From positions 1 to 60,465 of IMG/VR virus record IMGVR_UViG_3300028025_001549: a DNA stretch of 60,465 nucleotides, one strand, 5' to 3'. The position numbers and the translations under genes are program-made. Source of the DNA: a virus (taxonomy: Duplodnaviria > Caudoviricetes). Shown here piece by piece: positions 1 to 9,827 of this stretch. Numbering within the stretch: position 1 is the first letter of the stretch; each line of letters opens with the position of its first letter. The notes under the pieces are model-generated. The model searched no databases. It saw only the letters and a list, made by a program, of their open reading frames with translations, and had not been told where the DNA came from.

Positions 1-1
1 A

Positions 2-73
2 ACAGAGATTATCGAGTATATGAGAGAGTCAAAAGAGAACTTCTTTCATGTGCTTGAACAAATAGAGGAATAA
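2..73 (+). CDS. 3' end of upstream gene (partial, probably prohead-core region)
   Basis: Open frame TEIIEYMRESKENFFHVLEQIEE* ends at TAA 71-73, just before the next ATG. Confidence 0.5.
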   Translation, partial: TEIIEYMRESKENFFHVLEQIEE

Positions 74-76
74 CAA

Positions 77-538
77 ATGGCTGTCTTATTTACAACTGTA
101 AAAAATACTAACTTAGAAACTATCATTCACTTTGATACTGTTGCTGCTGAGTCTGGTACAATTACTATCGCTAACTTAACTGCTTCTACTCAGGTTCGTA
201 ATTCTGATACTCCAGCAGTAAATATCGTTAAGTTTTTCTGTACTGGTGCAGTTGGGGCTGGTACTCGTATTACTCGTAGCAGTAAAAATATTATTTCTGT
301 TGCTCCAGAAAATGCTCCAATCCTAGATTTGAATTCAAATGGTTTTGTTGATAACACTAACAACACTGCAGACATTGTAGTTGTTAATGATGCTGCTAAA
401 GCAGTTACTGGTTATATCGTTCTACGTAAAGTTGCTGGTTGGAATACTAAAGTTGAAACTGCTACTTACGGTGCTTACGATGATGAGTCTCGTGTTGGCG
501 CTTCTACCACTATCAGTGGTTCTCCAGATAAGGTCTAA
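77..538 (+). CDS. hypothetical protein in head-gene cluster
   Basis: 153 aa ORF with GAGG RBS, directly upstream of gp21. Confidence 0.7.
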   Translation: MAVLFTTVKNTNLETIIHFDTVAAESGTITIANLTASTQVRNSDTPAVNIVKFFCTGAVGAGTRITRSSKNIISVAPENAPILDLNSNGFVDNTNNTADIVVVNDAAKAVTGYIVLRKVAGWNTKVETATYGAYDDESRVGASTTISGSPDKV

Positions 539-540
539 CT

Positions 541-1194
541 ATGAAACTAATTAGAGAAGTCTACGACACTACCAACGTAATCGTTGAAGAGAAACTAGGC
601 AAACCAAAGCAATACTTTATTGAAGGTGTTTTCCTTCAATCAGAAATTACTAACCGCAATGGTCGTATGTACAAAGAAAGTACAATGGATCGTGAAGTTG
701 GTCGTTACATTAAAGAAGCAGTTGAGAACAATCGTGCATACGGTGAACTGGGTCACCCAGAAGGTCCAGGTATTAACCTTGATCGCGTATCACATATGAT
801 TACTTCTCTACGCAAAGAAGGTACGAACTATATTGGTCGTGCCAAGATTTTAGATACTCCAATGGGTCAAATCGCTAAAGGTCTTTTAGAAGGTGGCGCA
901 AACCTTGGTGTGTCTTCAAGAGCAATGGGTTCACTTAAGACTAATAACGAAGGTGTTCAAATTGTTCAGGACGATTTCATGCTGTCTACTGCAGCTGATA
1001 TCGTCGCCGATCCTTCAGCCCCCGATGCTTATGTGCGTGGGATTATGGAAGGTAAGGAATGGACATTTGTTGATGGAAAGTTTGTGGAGCAAAATATTGA
1101 AGAGGTAAAATCTTTCATTAAGAAAACTTCTTCTAGAAATCTAGAGGAAGCAAAGATTCAGGCTTTCCAACACTTTCTGAGTAAAATCAGATAA
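541..1194 (+). CDS. 21: prohead core protease gp21
   Basis: MKLIRE start, YFIEGVFLQ, NRNGRMY, GELGHP, GVSSRAMGS, DIVADPSAPDA motifs; synteny. Confidence 0.97.
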   Translation: MKLIREVYDTTNVIVEEKLGKPKQYFIEGVFLQSEITNRNGRMYKESTMDREVGRYIKEAVENNRAYGELGHPEGPGINLDRVSHMITSLRKEGTNYIGRAKILDTPMGQIAKGLLEGGANLGVSSRAMGSLKTNNEGVQIVQDDFMLSTAADIVADPSAPDAYVRGIMEGKEWTFVDGKFVEQNIEEVKSFIKKTSSRNLEEAKIQAFQHFLSKIR

Positions 1195-1196
1195 AA

Positions 1197-1204
1197 TATA
1201 AATA
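1197..1204 (+). promoter_or_regulatory. T4-type late promoter TATAAATA
   Basis: Exact gp55 consensus upstream of gene 22. Confidence 0.8.
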
Positions 1205-1236
1205 AATCATAGAACTATCCAGTTAGGAGAACATAG

Positions 1237-2271
1237 ATGTCAATCGAACAAAAAATCGCTGAAATTTTAGCTGAGTCTAAAAAGAAACAATTAGACGAAG
1301 CCAAGTTTGCAGGTGCAGAAGGTGGTAAGGATTCTGGTAAAGACGGTGCGCAAGCTGGCGACCAAGCCGTAATTCGCACAGGTAACCCAGTTCCAAATGG
1401 TGGTGAAACACCTAATCCCGATAATGCACGCAACAACGTGGACAATGAAAAAGAAGCTGAGGGTGGTACTTCTAAAAAGTCTAACCCAGCTAATAGCAGC
1501 GCAAATCCTGGCGACCAAGCTGTTGTCCGCAATGGTACTGCTGTTAAAGGTATGAAAGAAGATCTAGACGCTATGTTTGGCGCTGATGATCTGTCTGAAG
1601 AATTCAAGACTAAAGCTGCTACGATTTTCGAAGCTGCTGTTATGTCCCGTGTAACTGCTGAAGTTACTCGTTTAGAAGAAGAGTTCGAAGCAAAAGTAGC
1701 TACTACTGTTGCTGAAGAAATTGAGGGTATTGTTGAACAAGTTGATGGATACCTCGGCTATATTGCTGAGCAGTGGATGACACAGAATGAAATCGCCCTT
1801 GAGCGTGGTATTAAGTCTGATATACTAGAAAGTTTCGTTGATGGTCTGAAAGGACTATTCGAAGAACACTATATTGATGTTCCAGAAGAAAAGTATGACC
1901 TACTTGGTGAGATGGAAGAAACAATTAGTGAACTTAAATCTAAGATTGACGAGCAAGTTTCTGCTAATGTTGAGTTAACTAAAACAGTTAGCGAAGCAAA
2001 GCGTAATGAAATCGTTAAGACAGTTAGCGAAGGTTTAACTGATACAGAAGCTGAGAAGTTTGCTGGTCTAGTTGCTGAAGTAACTTTCGATGATGCTGAA
2101 ACTTATGAATCTAAAGTCAAGACTTTACGTGAATCTTATTTCACTACTAAAACTACATCAGGTGTAACATCTGTTGTAACTGATACTCCAGTTGAAGTAA
2201 TTACTGAAGCTGGCTCAAAGAAAGTAGATCCTAAAATGTCTGCTTACTTATCAGCTCTCAACAATAAATAA
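1237..2271 (+). CDS. 22: prohead core scaffold protein gp22
   Basis: Acidic coiled coil, LSEEFKTKAATIFEAAV, YLGYIAEQWM; lies between 21 and 23. Confidence 0.93.
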   Translation: MSIEQKIAEILAESKKKQLDEAKFAGAEGGKDSGKDGAQAGDQAVIRTGNPVPNGGETPNPDNARNNVDNEKEAEGGTSKKSNPANSSANPGDQAVVRNGTAVKGMKEDLDAMFGADDLSEEFKTKAATIFEAAVMSRVTAEVTRLEEEFEAKVATTVAEEIEGIVEQVDGYLGYIAEQWMTQNEIALERGIKSDILESFVDGLKGLFEEHYIDVPEEKYDLLGEMEETISELKSKIDEQVSANVELTKTVSEAKRNEIVKTVSEGLTDTEAEKFAGLVAEVTFDDAETYESKVKTLRESYFTTKTTSGVTSVVTDTPVEVITEAGSKKVDPKMSAYLSALNNK

Positions 2272-2295
2272 ATTTTAATTTAAAGGAAATCCAAA

Positions 2296-3585
2296 ATGGA
2301 TCGCAAACAATTAATGGAAAAATGGGCACCCGTGTTGAATCACGAAGGCTCTGCTCCAATCGAATCCGCTTACAAGCGTGAAGTAACTGCTGTTCTTCTA
2401 GAGAACCAAGAACGCGAAATGGGCAAGCAACAAGAAGCCCTATTCGAAACTGCTCCAACTAACTCTGTTGGTTCATACGGTGACACTGGCGGTATCGCTA
2501 AGTTTGACCCAGTATTGATCAGCTTGGTTCGTCGTGCAATGCCACAACTTATCGCTTATGATATCGCTGGTGTACAACCAATGACTCAGCCAACTGGTTT
2601 AATCTTCGCGATGAAATCACGTTACAGCACTCAAGGTGGTACTGAAGCGTTGTTCAACGAAGCTGATACAGACTTCTCTGGTACTGGTACTCACTCTGCT
2701 GCAGCTAACACTGACCCATTCACTTCTTACACTACTGGTACTGGCTTGGCTACTTCTGCAGCTGAGCGTCTAGGTCAAGGTGGTACTGGTGATGGTTCTT
2801 TCGGTCAAATGGCTTTCTCAATCGAAAAGACTTCTGTAACTGCTAAGACTCGTGCTTTGAAAGCTGAATACTCAGTTGAACTAGCACAAGACTTGAAGGC
2901 TGTTCATGGTCTTGACGCTGAAGGTGAACTAAGCAACATCTTGTCTACTGAGATTCTTGCTGAGATCAACCGTGAAGTTGTTCGTACTGTTTATACTACT
3001 GCAAAGCCAGGTGCCCAAGTTGGTACTGCTACTGCTGGTACTTTTGACCTTGACGTTGACTCTAATGGTCGTTGGTCTGTTGAAAAATTCAAAGGTCTAA
3101 TGTTCCAAATCGAACGTGAAGCCAATGCTATCGGTCAACAAACTCGTCGTGGTCGTGGTAACTTTATCATCACTTCAGCTGACGTTGCTTCTGCTCTAGC
3201 AATGGCTGGTGTTCTTGATTACTCTTCTGGTCTAACTGGTAAGAATAACTTGAACGTAGATGATACTTCTACTACTTTCGCTGGTGTTCTAAATGGCAAG
3301 TACAAAGTTTATGTTGACCCATACACTGCTAACGTACAAGCTCAACAGTTCTTCGTTGTTGGCTACAAAGGTCAATCAGCGTTTGATGCTGGTTTGTTCT
3401 ACTGCCCATACGTACCTCTCCAAATGGTTCGTGCTGTTGATCCTAACAGCTTCCAACCAAAGATTGGTTTCAAGACTCGTTATGGCATGGTTGCTAACCC
3501 ATTCGTTTCATTGGATGGTACTGGCGGTCTAACTGCTAACGAGAACTACTACTACCGTCGTGTTAAGGTTACTAACCTAATGTAA
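2296..3585 (+). CDS. 23: major capsid protein gp23
   Basis: KWAPVL, LLENQE, GVQPMTQPTGLIFAM, AGLFYCPYVPL, FQPKIGFKTRYG motifs. Confidence 0.99.
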   Translation: MDRKQLMEKWAPVLNHEGSAPIESAYKREVTAVLLENQEREMGKQQEALFETAPTNSVGSYGDTGGIAKFDPVLISLVRRAMPQLIAYDIAGVQPMTQPTGLIFAMKSRYSTQGGTEALFNEADTDFSGTGTHSAAANTDPFTSYTTGTGLATSAAERLGQGGTGDGSFGQMAFSIEKTSVTAKTRALKAEYSVELAQDLKAVHGLDAEGELSNILSTEILAEINREVVRTVYTTAKPGAQVGTATAGTFDLDVDSNGRWSVEKFKGLMFQIEREANAIGQQTRRGRGNFIITSADVASALAMAGVLDYSSGLTGKNNLNVDDTSTTFAGVLNGKYKVYVDPYTANVQAQQFFVVGYKGQSAFDAGLFYCPYVPLQMVRAVDPNSFQPKIGFKTRYGMVANPFVSLDGTGGLTANENYYYRRVKVTNLM

Positions 3586-3634
3586 TCGGACAGGGCTTCG
3601 TAATGATTATGAAGCCTACGTAGATAGGTATTTT

Positions 3635-3666
3635 AAAGGGGGACTTTCGGGTCTCCCTTTTTTTTC
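3635..3666 (+). terminator. intrinsic terminator after gene 23
   Basis: AAAGGGGGACT-TTCG-GGTCTCCCTTT hairpin followed by a T tract. Confidence 0.85.
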
Positions 3667-3668
3667 TT

Positions 3669-3676
3669 CCTAAATA
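3669..3676 (+). promoter_or_regulatory. late promoter variant CCTAAATA
   Basis: TAAATA core just before gp3; same variant at 22440 and 43561. Confidence 0.6.
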
Positions 3677-3681
3677 ATAAT

Positions 3682-4200
3682 ATGACAATATCTATTCCAG
3701 CTGGACTTAATCCTCTATCGCCAAATGGCTTTAACTTTAGTATATCTAAGGTTCCAGGAGTTACATTCTTTTGCCAACAAGCAAATATTCCTGGCATTAT
3801 GTTAGGCGATCCTACTTTCTCCACACCATTCTCAACTCAGCCGTTACCTGGAGATACGCTTTCGTATGATCCACTAACGATTCAGTTTTTGATTGATGAG
3901 GAAATGTTAAACTATAACGTAATCTATAATTGGATTGTTGCTTTGGGTTTCCCTGAATCATATGGGCAATACACAACTTTACTTTCCAATGATCAAACTG
4001 CATACGGTGAACTTGCAAAGAACTATTCTGATGCTACTTTGCAAATATTAGATTCTAACAACAACCCTGTTAGAAGTGTTACCTTTCAAGATGTATTTCC
4101 TACTTCTTTAGAAACTCTTACCTTTGCTTCAACTAATGATGGTGTTAACTATCTTATCGGTAGTGCAACATTTAAATTCGGACTCTATAGATTTGCATAA
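3682..4200 (+). CDS. 3: tail completion / tube terminator protein gp3-like
   Basis: NPLSPNGFNF, FFCQQANIPG, YDPLTIQFLIDE, SDATLQIL, FQDVFPTSL; usual position after 23 in environmental T4-like phages. Confidence 0.85.
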   Translation: MTISIPAGLNPLSPNGFNFSISKVPGVTFFCQQANIPGIMLGDPTFSTPFSTQPLPGDTLSYDPLTIQFLIDEEMLNYNVIYNWIVALGFPESYGQYTTLLSNDQTAYGELAKNYSDATLQILDSNNNPVRSVTFQDVFPTSLETLTFASTNDGVNYLIGSATFKFGLYRFA

Positions 4201-4205
4201 TTAAT

Positions 4206-4234
4206 TTGACTTTTTTGCAGATTTATAGTATAAT
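4206..4234 (+). promoter_or_regulatory. sigma70-type promoter for uvsY/uvsW
   Basis: TTGACT-N17-TATAAT. Confidence 0.75.
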
Positions 4235-4251
4235 GTTATTTTGAGGTTATT

Positions 4252-4689
4252 ATGAATATAGAACAATTGCAGGAACAGTGGGACATTGATTGCCAAATAG
4301 ATGATAACTATCTTGGTGAAACCACTACAGCTACCCCCAAACTTCACGCTAAGTATTTAAAACTACTTGTCAATATCAAACTCAAACACACTAAGTTGGG
4401 TTCTGATTATAACATCCTCCGTAAAAATAAATTCCGTTTGTATCGTGGTGAACTATCGCGCGATGAATTAGTTGCGCTCGATTGGCCACAATGGCAAGGT
4501 GTCAAGCCACTCAAGAATGAGATGGATGAATTCCTACAAGGTGATACTGAACTAAACGTAATGCGTGTTAAAATTGATTATCTTGAAACAATGATATATT
4601 TCCTTGAGTCAGTTCTTGGCCAAATTAAAGCAAGAGACTGGCAAATTAAATCACATATAGAATGGAAGAAATTCCTAGCTGGAATGTAA
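4252..4689 (+). CDS. uvsY: recombination mediator UvsY
   Basis: PKLHAKYL and RDWQIKSHIEWKKFLAG; precedes uvsW. Confidence 0.9.
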   Translation: MNIEQLQEQWDIDCQIDDNYLGETTTATPKLHAKYLKLLVNIKLKHTKLGSDYNILRKNKFRLYRGELSRDELVALDWPQWQGVKPLKNEMDEFLQGDTELNVMRVKIDYLETMIYFLESVLGQIKARDWQIKSHIEWKKFLAGM

Positions 4690-6164
4690 TGATATTAAAG
4701 ATTGAGAAACTTGATGAAGTTTATGTTCGCATATTTTCTGACTCTAGTATTGAGCAAGAATTAGTAGACTTCTTCACATACGAATATCCAGGTGCTCGGT
4801 TTACACCACAGTTCAGAGCAAGACTGTGGGATGGCAAAGTTCGCTTATATGATGGTATTCGTAAAACTCTTTACCTTGGGCTTGTTCCTTATGTTGAACA
4901 GTTTGCCGTAAGTAATGGTTATGCAGTTGAGTATGTTAATACCGTGTCAGTGGTTAATGATATCAAGACAACTGATGTAGAAGGTTTTGTTACTGCGTTA
5001 GAGTTACCAGAAAAAATTGAGATTCGTGATTACCAAATAGAAGCAATGACAACTGCTCTTGCTAAAGAACGCACACTGTTACTTTCTCCAACTGCTTCTG
5101 GTAAATCGTTTATCATCTATTCAATTATGCGCTGGCATTTAAATGCTGGACGTAAGTGCATTATTATTGTTCCAACAACCTCATTGGTTGAGCAGTTGTT
5201 TACTGACTTTGAAGATTACTCAACAGTGAACCAATGGCCAGTTCAAGAGCATGTTCAAAAACTATACAGCGGTTTTACTAAAGATATAACCAAGGATGTT
5301 TTAATTACAACTTGGCAGTCGGTTTATCTACAACCAAAATCTTGGTTCTCTCAGTTCAATGTTATCTTTGGTGATGAAGCCCACCAATTTAAAGCGAAGT
5401 CCCTTACCACAGTTATGGAAAAGATGGACAAGATTCGCTACCGTATTGGCACAACAGGTACGTTAGATAATAAGAAGATTCATAAATTAGTTCTTGAAGG
5501 TATGTTTGGTCCAGTGCATAGAGTTACCACTACTAAGAAACTAATGGATAGTGGGAAACTTGCTGAACTAAATATCATGTGTGTACTACTTAAATATAAC
5601 GAAGAGATTCGTAAAGAACGCAAAAACAAAACGTACCAAGAAGAAATGGACTGGCTTATATCTTGTGAACCAAGAAATAAGTTTATCCGAAACTTGGCAG
5701 TAAATTCTAAAGGTAATACGCTAGTTCTTTTTCAATACGTTGAAAAGCACGGTAAAGTTCTTTACGACCTTATTAAAAATAAAGTACATGACAAAAGAAA
5801 AATATTTTTTGTCTACGGTGGCACTGAAACCACAGATAGAGAAGCAATCCGTCATATCACAGAGGGGGAAAGTGACGCCATTATCATTGCTTCTTTTGGC
5901 ACTTTTAGTACTGGAATTAATATCCCATCATTGGAGAATGTAATTTTTGCATCACCTTCAAAAAGTAAGATTCGTAACCTACAATCAATTGGTCGTGGTC
6001 TAAGATTGAAAGATGGCAAAACAACTTGCAACTTATTTGATCTTGCTGATGACTTACATTGGAAGTCTTGGAAGAATCATACGCTTAATCATGCAGCAGA
6101 GCGTTATAAAACTTACGCTGAAGAAGAGTTTAAAATCAAACTTGTTGAGGTTGATTTATGCTAA
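4689..6164 (+). CDS. uvsW: SF2 helicase UvsW
   Basis: WDGKVRL, SPTASGKS, DEAH, QSIGRGLR; likely start ATG 4689 overlapping the uvsY stop. Confidence 0.96.
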   Translation: MILKIEKLDEVYVRIFSDSSIEQELVDFFTYEYPGARFTPQFRARLWDGKVRLYDGIRKTLYLGLVPYVEQFAVSNGYAVEYVNTVSVVNDIKTTDVEGFVTALELPEKIEIRDYQIEAMTTALAKERTLLLSPTASGKSFIIYSIMRWHLNAGRKCIIIVPTTSLVEQLFTDFEDYSTVNQWPVQEHVQKLYSGFTKDITKDVLITTWQSVYLQPKSWFSQFNVIFGDEAHQFKAKSLTTVMEKMDKIRYRIGTTGTLDNKKIHKLVLEGMFGPVHRVTTTKKLMDSGKLAELNIMCVLLKYNEEIRKERKNKTYQEEMDWLISCEPRNKFIRNLAVNSKGNTLVLFQYVEKHGKVLYDLIKNKVHDKRKIFFVYGGTETTDREAIRHITEGESDAIIIASFGTFSTGINIPSLENVIFASPSKSKIRNLQSIGRGLRLKDGKTTCNLFDLADDLHWKSWKNHTLNHAAERYKTYAEEEFKIKLVEVDLC

Positions 6165-6628
6165 TTAATAACGAATCGTATATAGTGTTGAAACTAAGCA
6201 CTGGTGAACAACTTATGGGAATTCTTGAACAAGAAGATGCAACCCATATCCAAATATTAGATCCTATGATTATCAGAACTATACCTGTTGTAAGTGAAGG
6301 TAGAGAGCACGTTACTGCTCATCCTTATTGCCAATTTACAGGCGACAATGTTTTTGATATCGAGAAACGAAACGTAATCTTTATTAAACCATTGTTGGCT
6401 ACAATGATTCCCCACTATCTTAGAATTGTAAAAGAACATGAAAATAGTCCTGCCTTGCGAACACAGAAACGTGCTGAGGATTTAGACTGGGGAGATGGGG
6501 GAGATATCTCAAGAGAAGAAGCGATTCGTAGAATACAAATGCTTGAGAATATTACTGGGATCTCCGTGGCGGAGCAAGAGGAAGAACCAGAAGGTTGGTT
6601 CATTGAAGGAAACGATACTAAGCACTAA
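6158..6628 (+). CDS. hypothetical protein (Sm-like N-terminus)
   Basis: IVLKLSTGEQLMG motif, similar to 22659-22961; lies between uvsW and 55. Confidence 0.65.
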   Translation: MLINNESYIVLKLSTGEQLMGILEQEDATHIQILDPMIIRTIPVVSEGREHVTAHPYCQFTGDNVFDIEKRNVIFIKPLLATMIPHYLRIVKEHENSPALRTQKRAEDLDWGDGGDISREEAIRRIQMLENITGISVAEQEEEPEGWFIEGNDTKH

Positions 6629-6719
6629 TCACTTATATCAAACCCGACATGGTTTATTATACCCATGTATGAGTAGAAAGGCAAATTTAAATAACTGCAA
6701 GATGCAAGTTAAATGAAGT

Positions 6720-6748
6720 TTGCCTTTCATCATTATATAAGGTATACT
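6720..6748 (+). promoter_or_regulatory. sigma70-type promoter for gene 55
   Basis: TTGCCT-N17-TATACT. Confidence 0.6.
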
Positions 6749-6786
6749 ATGGATATGTTGATAAATTTAAGGAAGCAATAAATGCT

Positions 6787-7431
6787 ATGGCTCATTACGT
6801 AAACAATAAAGACTTTCTCGCAGCAATCGTTGAGATGAAAGAAAAAGTTAAACATGCTGAAGAGAATGGTTTACCAAAGCCAATCATTAGTAACTATATC
6901 GGCGAGTGCATCTTAAAGATCGCAACTCACTTATCATATAAGCCGAATTTTATTAACTACTCGTATCGTGATGATATGATTCTTGATGGGATTGAAAACT
7001 GTATTCAGTATATAGATAACTTTGATCCTGCTAAATCAAGCAATCCTTTTGCTTACTTTACACAAATTATTTACTACGCATTTTTAAGACGCATAGCCAA
7101 AGAAAAGAAACAATCATATATTAAAGGTAAGTTGATTCAGAACATGCCATTTGAAATGTTTGAACTTCAAGAACATGATGAGACTGGCGAATTCCATAAT
7201 GCTTATCTTGAATTTATGCAAAACAACAGCACGTTCGATGATTTCATAGGCAGGAAAAAAGAAAAAGCTGCCAAGAAGAAAATGGAAAATACATTGAACG
7301 CATTTATAGATGATGAGGTGATAGATGACACGATCGATATCGGATTGGATAGCGGAATTGAGCAAGGGAGTGCGAGTGAGTCATCGGAACTACCCACCGA
7401 TCCGCAGATCGAAGAAACGAAAGAACATTAG
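6787..7431 (+). CDS. 55: late-transcription sigma factor gp55
   Basis: HYVNNKDF, IGECILKIA, NFINYSYRDDMI, NPFAYFTQI. Confidence 0.96.
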   Translation: MAHYVNNKDFLAAIVEMKEKVKHAEENGLPKPIISNYIGECILKIATHLSYKPNFINYSYRDDMILDGIENCIQYIDNFDPAKSSNPFAYFTQIIYYAFLRRIAKEKKQSYIKGKLIQNMPFEMFELQEHDETGEFHNAYLEFMQNNSTFDDFIGRKKEKAAKKKMENTLNAFIDDEVIDDTIDIGLDSGIEQGSASESSELPTDPQIEETKEH

Positions 7432-8509
7432 AACAATCAAGAGATTTGCTTGGGATGCTAGTGATAACATATTTGACTTGAATAAAATTATGAACGAAAA
7501 TACAAACGAAAAAATCTTTCTTGGTGTTAGTGACTTTGACGACTTGATTACTTCAGAGATCCTGAAGCGTCGTGTTGAAGCAGGACAACGTACAACTCAT
7601 CGTGAAACCAGCGTTCTTTGTAATAGAGAACAATGGGCTGAGTGGGCAGAAGAAACCTTTGAGAAAGACCTTCATGTTCAAGGTAACTCCTCTAATGGTA
7701 TTATTATTGAGCGTGACACTAATAACTATATTAAGTTCGATGTTAATAGCAACACAACTTCAGTTCGTGCTTATGGTGATTCTGACTTTGGTGATGCAAT
7801 CGTTGCGCTTGTTGAGTCTAAGTTTGATGTTGTAACATCCCACATTGAGTGGGTTTATGGTGCTGATGGTAACTCTGTTAATGTTCCATTGAATCGTGAT
7901 CGTCTTCCAGTTGATGAGATGTATCCATTCCTTGATGGTGAAAAACTTGGTGATTATTATGAACGCTACATGGCGTCCTCAGCGAATATCCTACTATTGA
8001 TTGGTCCACCTGGAACTGGTAAGACTACGTTCATTCGTGGTCTACTGGCTCACACAAACTCATCCGCAATCGTTTCATATGATTCTGGGATTCTTGAGAA
8101 AGATGGTTTCTTTGCTCGCTTTATTGAGAGTGATGATAACGTAATGGTTCTTGAAGACTCTGATGCGTTTCTAAAATCTCGCAGTGATGGCAACACAATG
8201 ATGCATCGTTTCCTTAACGTAGGTGATGGTCTTGTGACAACCAAAGGTAAGAAAATGATTTTCTCTACCAACCTACCATCTATTCGTGATGTTGATTCTG
8301 CATTGGTTCGTCCAGGTCGTTGTTTTGATATTTTAACTTTCGATACACTGAATGTTGAACAAGCAAATATCTTGGCTAAACGTCTGGGTGTTACTATCCC
8401 GACTCGTCCACGTGGCAAAGAGACTGAACCATATAGCATTGCTGAAGTATTTAATCAAAAGACTGAAGGTATGACAACTGCATCAACTAGAAAGGTAGGT
8501 TTCATTTGA
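7325..8509 (+). CDS. AAA+ ATPase (alternative start 7490)
   Basis: Walker A GPPGTGKT, Walker B VLEDSD, STN sensor, ALVRPGRCFD, C-terminal VGF. Confidence 0.88.
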   Translation: MTRSISDWIAELSKGVRVSHRNYPPIRRSKKRKNIRTIKRFAWDASDNIFDLNKIMNENTNEKIFLGVSDFDDLITSEILKRRVEAGQRTTHRETSVLCNREQWAEWAEETFEKDLHVQGNSSNGIIIERDTNNYIKFDVNSNTTSVRAYGDSDFGDAIVALVESKFDVVTSHIEWVYGADGNSVNVPLNRDRLPVDEMYPFLDGEKLGDYYERYMASSANILLLIGPPGTGKTTFIRGLLAHTNSSAIVSYDSGILEKDGFFARFIESDDNVMVLEDSDAFLKSRSDGNTMMHRFLNVGDGLVTTKGKKMIFSTNLPSIRDVDSALVRPGRCFDILTFDTLNVEQANILAKRLGVTIPTRPRGKETEPYSIAEVFNQKTEGMTTASTRKVGFI

Positions 8510-9561
8510 AGGTAGCCATTATCACTGATCAGCATTTCGGTGCTCGTAATGATAGTATTGCTTTCTTAGACTTCTTTCAAAAATTCTATGATAATACTTT
8601 CTTTCCTACTCTTGACGCATCTGGCATTAACACTGTTCTTGTTCTTGGTGATACATTTGATAGACGTAAATATGTCAACTTCTATGCTCTCGATCGTGCC
8701 AAGAAAATGTTCTTCGATAAATTGGAAGAGCGTGGCATTACTGTTTATATGCTGGCTGGGAATCATGACACTTATTTTAAAAACACTAATGAAGTAAACT
8801 CTCCCGACTTATTGCTTGCTGAATACAACAATATTGAAGTCATCGATGAACCAAAAACTATTAATGTAAATGGTTTTGAGGTTTGTATGTTACCTTGGAT
8901 CTGTCCTGAAAACTATACACAAAGTCTTGACGAAATAAAGAACACCACTTCTACATTATGCATGGGGCATCTTGAGATCGCTGGGTTCGCAATGTATAGA
9001 GGAATGGAATCCCATGAAGGATTTTCTGCAGAAACTTTCAACAAATTTGACTTGGTTTTTAGTGGTCATTATCACCATCGTAGTAACGACCGCAATATTC
9101 ACTATCTGGGAAATCCGTACGAACTTACTTGGCAGGATTATAACGATCCCAGAGGATTCCACTTGTTCGACTTCACTACAAGACAACTCGACTTCTTTGA
9201 AAATCCTTATCGAATGTTCGAAAGACTCGAGTACACCGACAAAGAAACTGAGCCGATCGACCTTGATCAGTTAGATCTTAAAGACAAGTATATTAAATTA
9301 GTTGTTTTGGAAAAGACTGACTTTTATAAATTTGACAAATTCATTCAGAAGTTGTATAATAAAGGTTGCCACGAAATTAAAATTGTGGAAGACTTTTCTG
9401 AATTTCAAGAAGGTGAAATCAATGAAGAGATTAACTTAGAAGATACAGTTTCTGTTCTTTCTAATTATATTGAATCAATTGAAACCGATGTTGACAAAGA
9501 AAAGGTTAAGTCATATATGCGTGGCTTATATACTGAGGCGATTAACATAGAGGTTATCTAA
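8506..9561 (+). CDS. 47: recombination endonuclease gp47 (Mre11/SbcD-like)
   Basis: TDQHFG, LGDTFDRRK, GNHD, SGHYH phosphoesterase motifs. Confidence 0.96.
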   Translation: MKVAIITDQHFGARNDSIAFLDFFQKFYDNTFFPTLDASGINTVLVLGDTFDRRKYVNFYALDRAKKMFFDKLEERGITVYMLAGNHDTYFKNTNEVNSPDLLLAEYNNIEVIDEPKTINVNGFEVCMLPWICPENYTQSLDEIKNTTSTLCMGHLEIAGFAMYRGMESHEGFSAETFNKFDLVFSGHYHHRSNDRNIHYLGNPYELTWQDYNDPRGFHLFDFTTRQLDFFENPYRMFERLEYTDKETEPIDLDQLDLKDKYIKLVVLEKTDFYKFDKFIQKLYNKGCHEIKIVEDFSEFQEGEINEEINLEDTVSVLSNYIESIETDVDKEKVKSYMRGLYTEAINIEVI

Positions 9562-9827
9562 TGTATCAACAAGAGATTCAATTCTTCTGGCCACTTACTG
9601 AGCAGATTAAACTTGACTTAGATTATACTGAATGTGATAAGCCAAAGTTGTGGACAACACTACCACTTATTGGTGGCACTGGTATGACATTAATGTCTAC
9701 TGGTGGTGATGTTACTTGGTCAACTAGATTAGGTAATTGGGAACTCCCCAATGAAACAAAACAACCAAGCAAATTTCAAAAGTTTATGATGAAGTATTTC
9801 TTGGGTTGGAAATGGATGGGTAAATGA
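9561..9827 (+). CDS. hypothetical protein between 47 and 46
   Basis: 88 aa ORF with GAGG RBS, overlapping both neighbours. Confidence 0.6.
   Translation: MYQQEIQFFWPLTEQIKLDLDYTECDKPKLWTTLPLIGGTGMTLMSTGGDVTWSTRLGNWELPNETKQPSKFQKFMMKYFLGWKWMGK

Noticed and set aside
1350-1545. Short duplication in gp22 (GDQAVIRTG / GDQAVVRNG)
   Set aside because: Real but minor; low-complexity repeats are ordinary in scaffold N-termini
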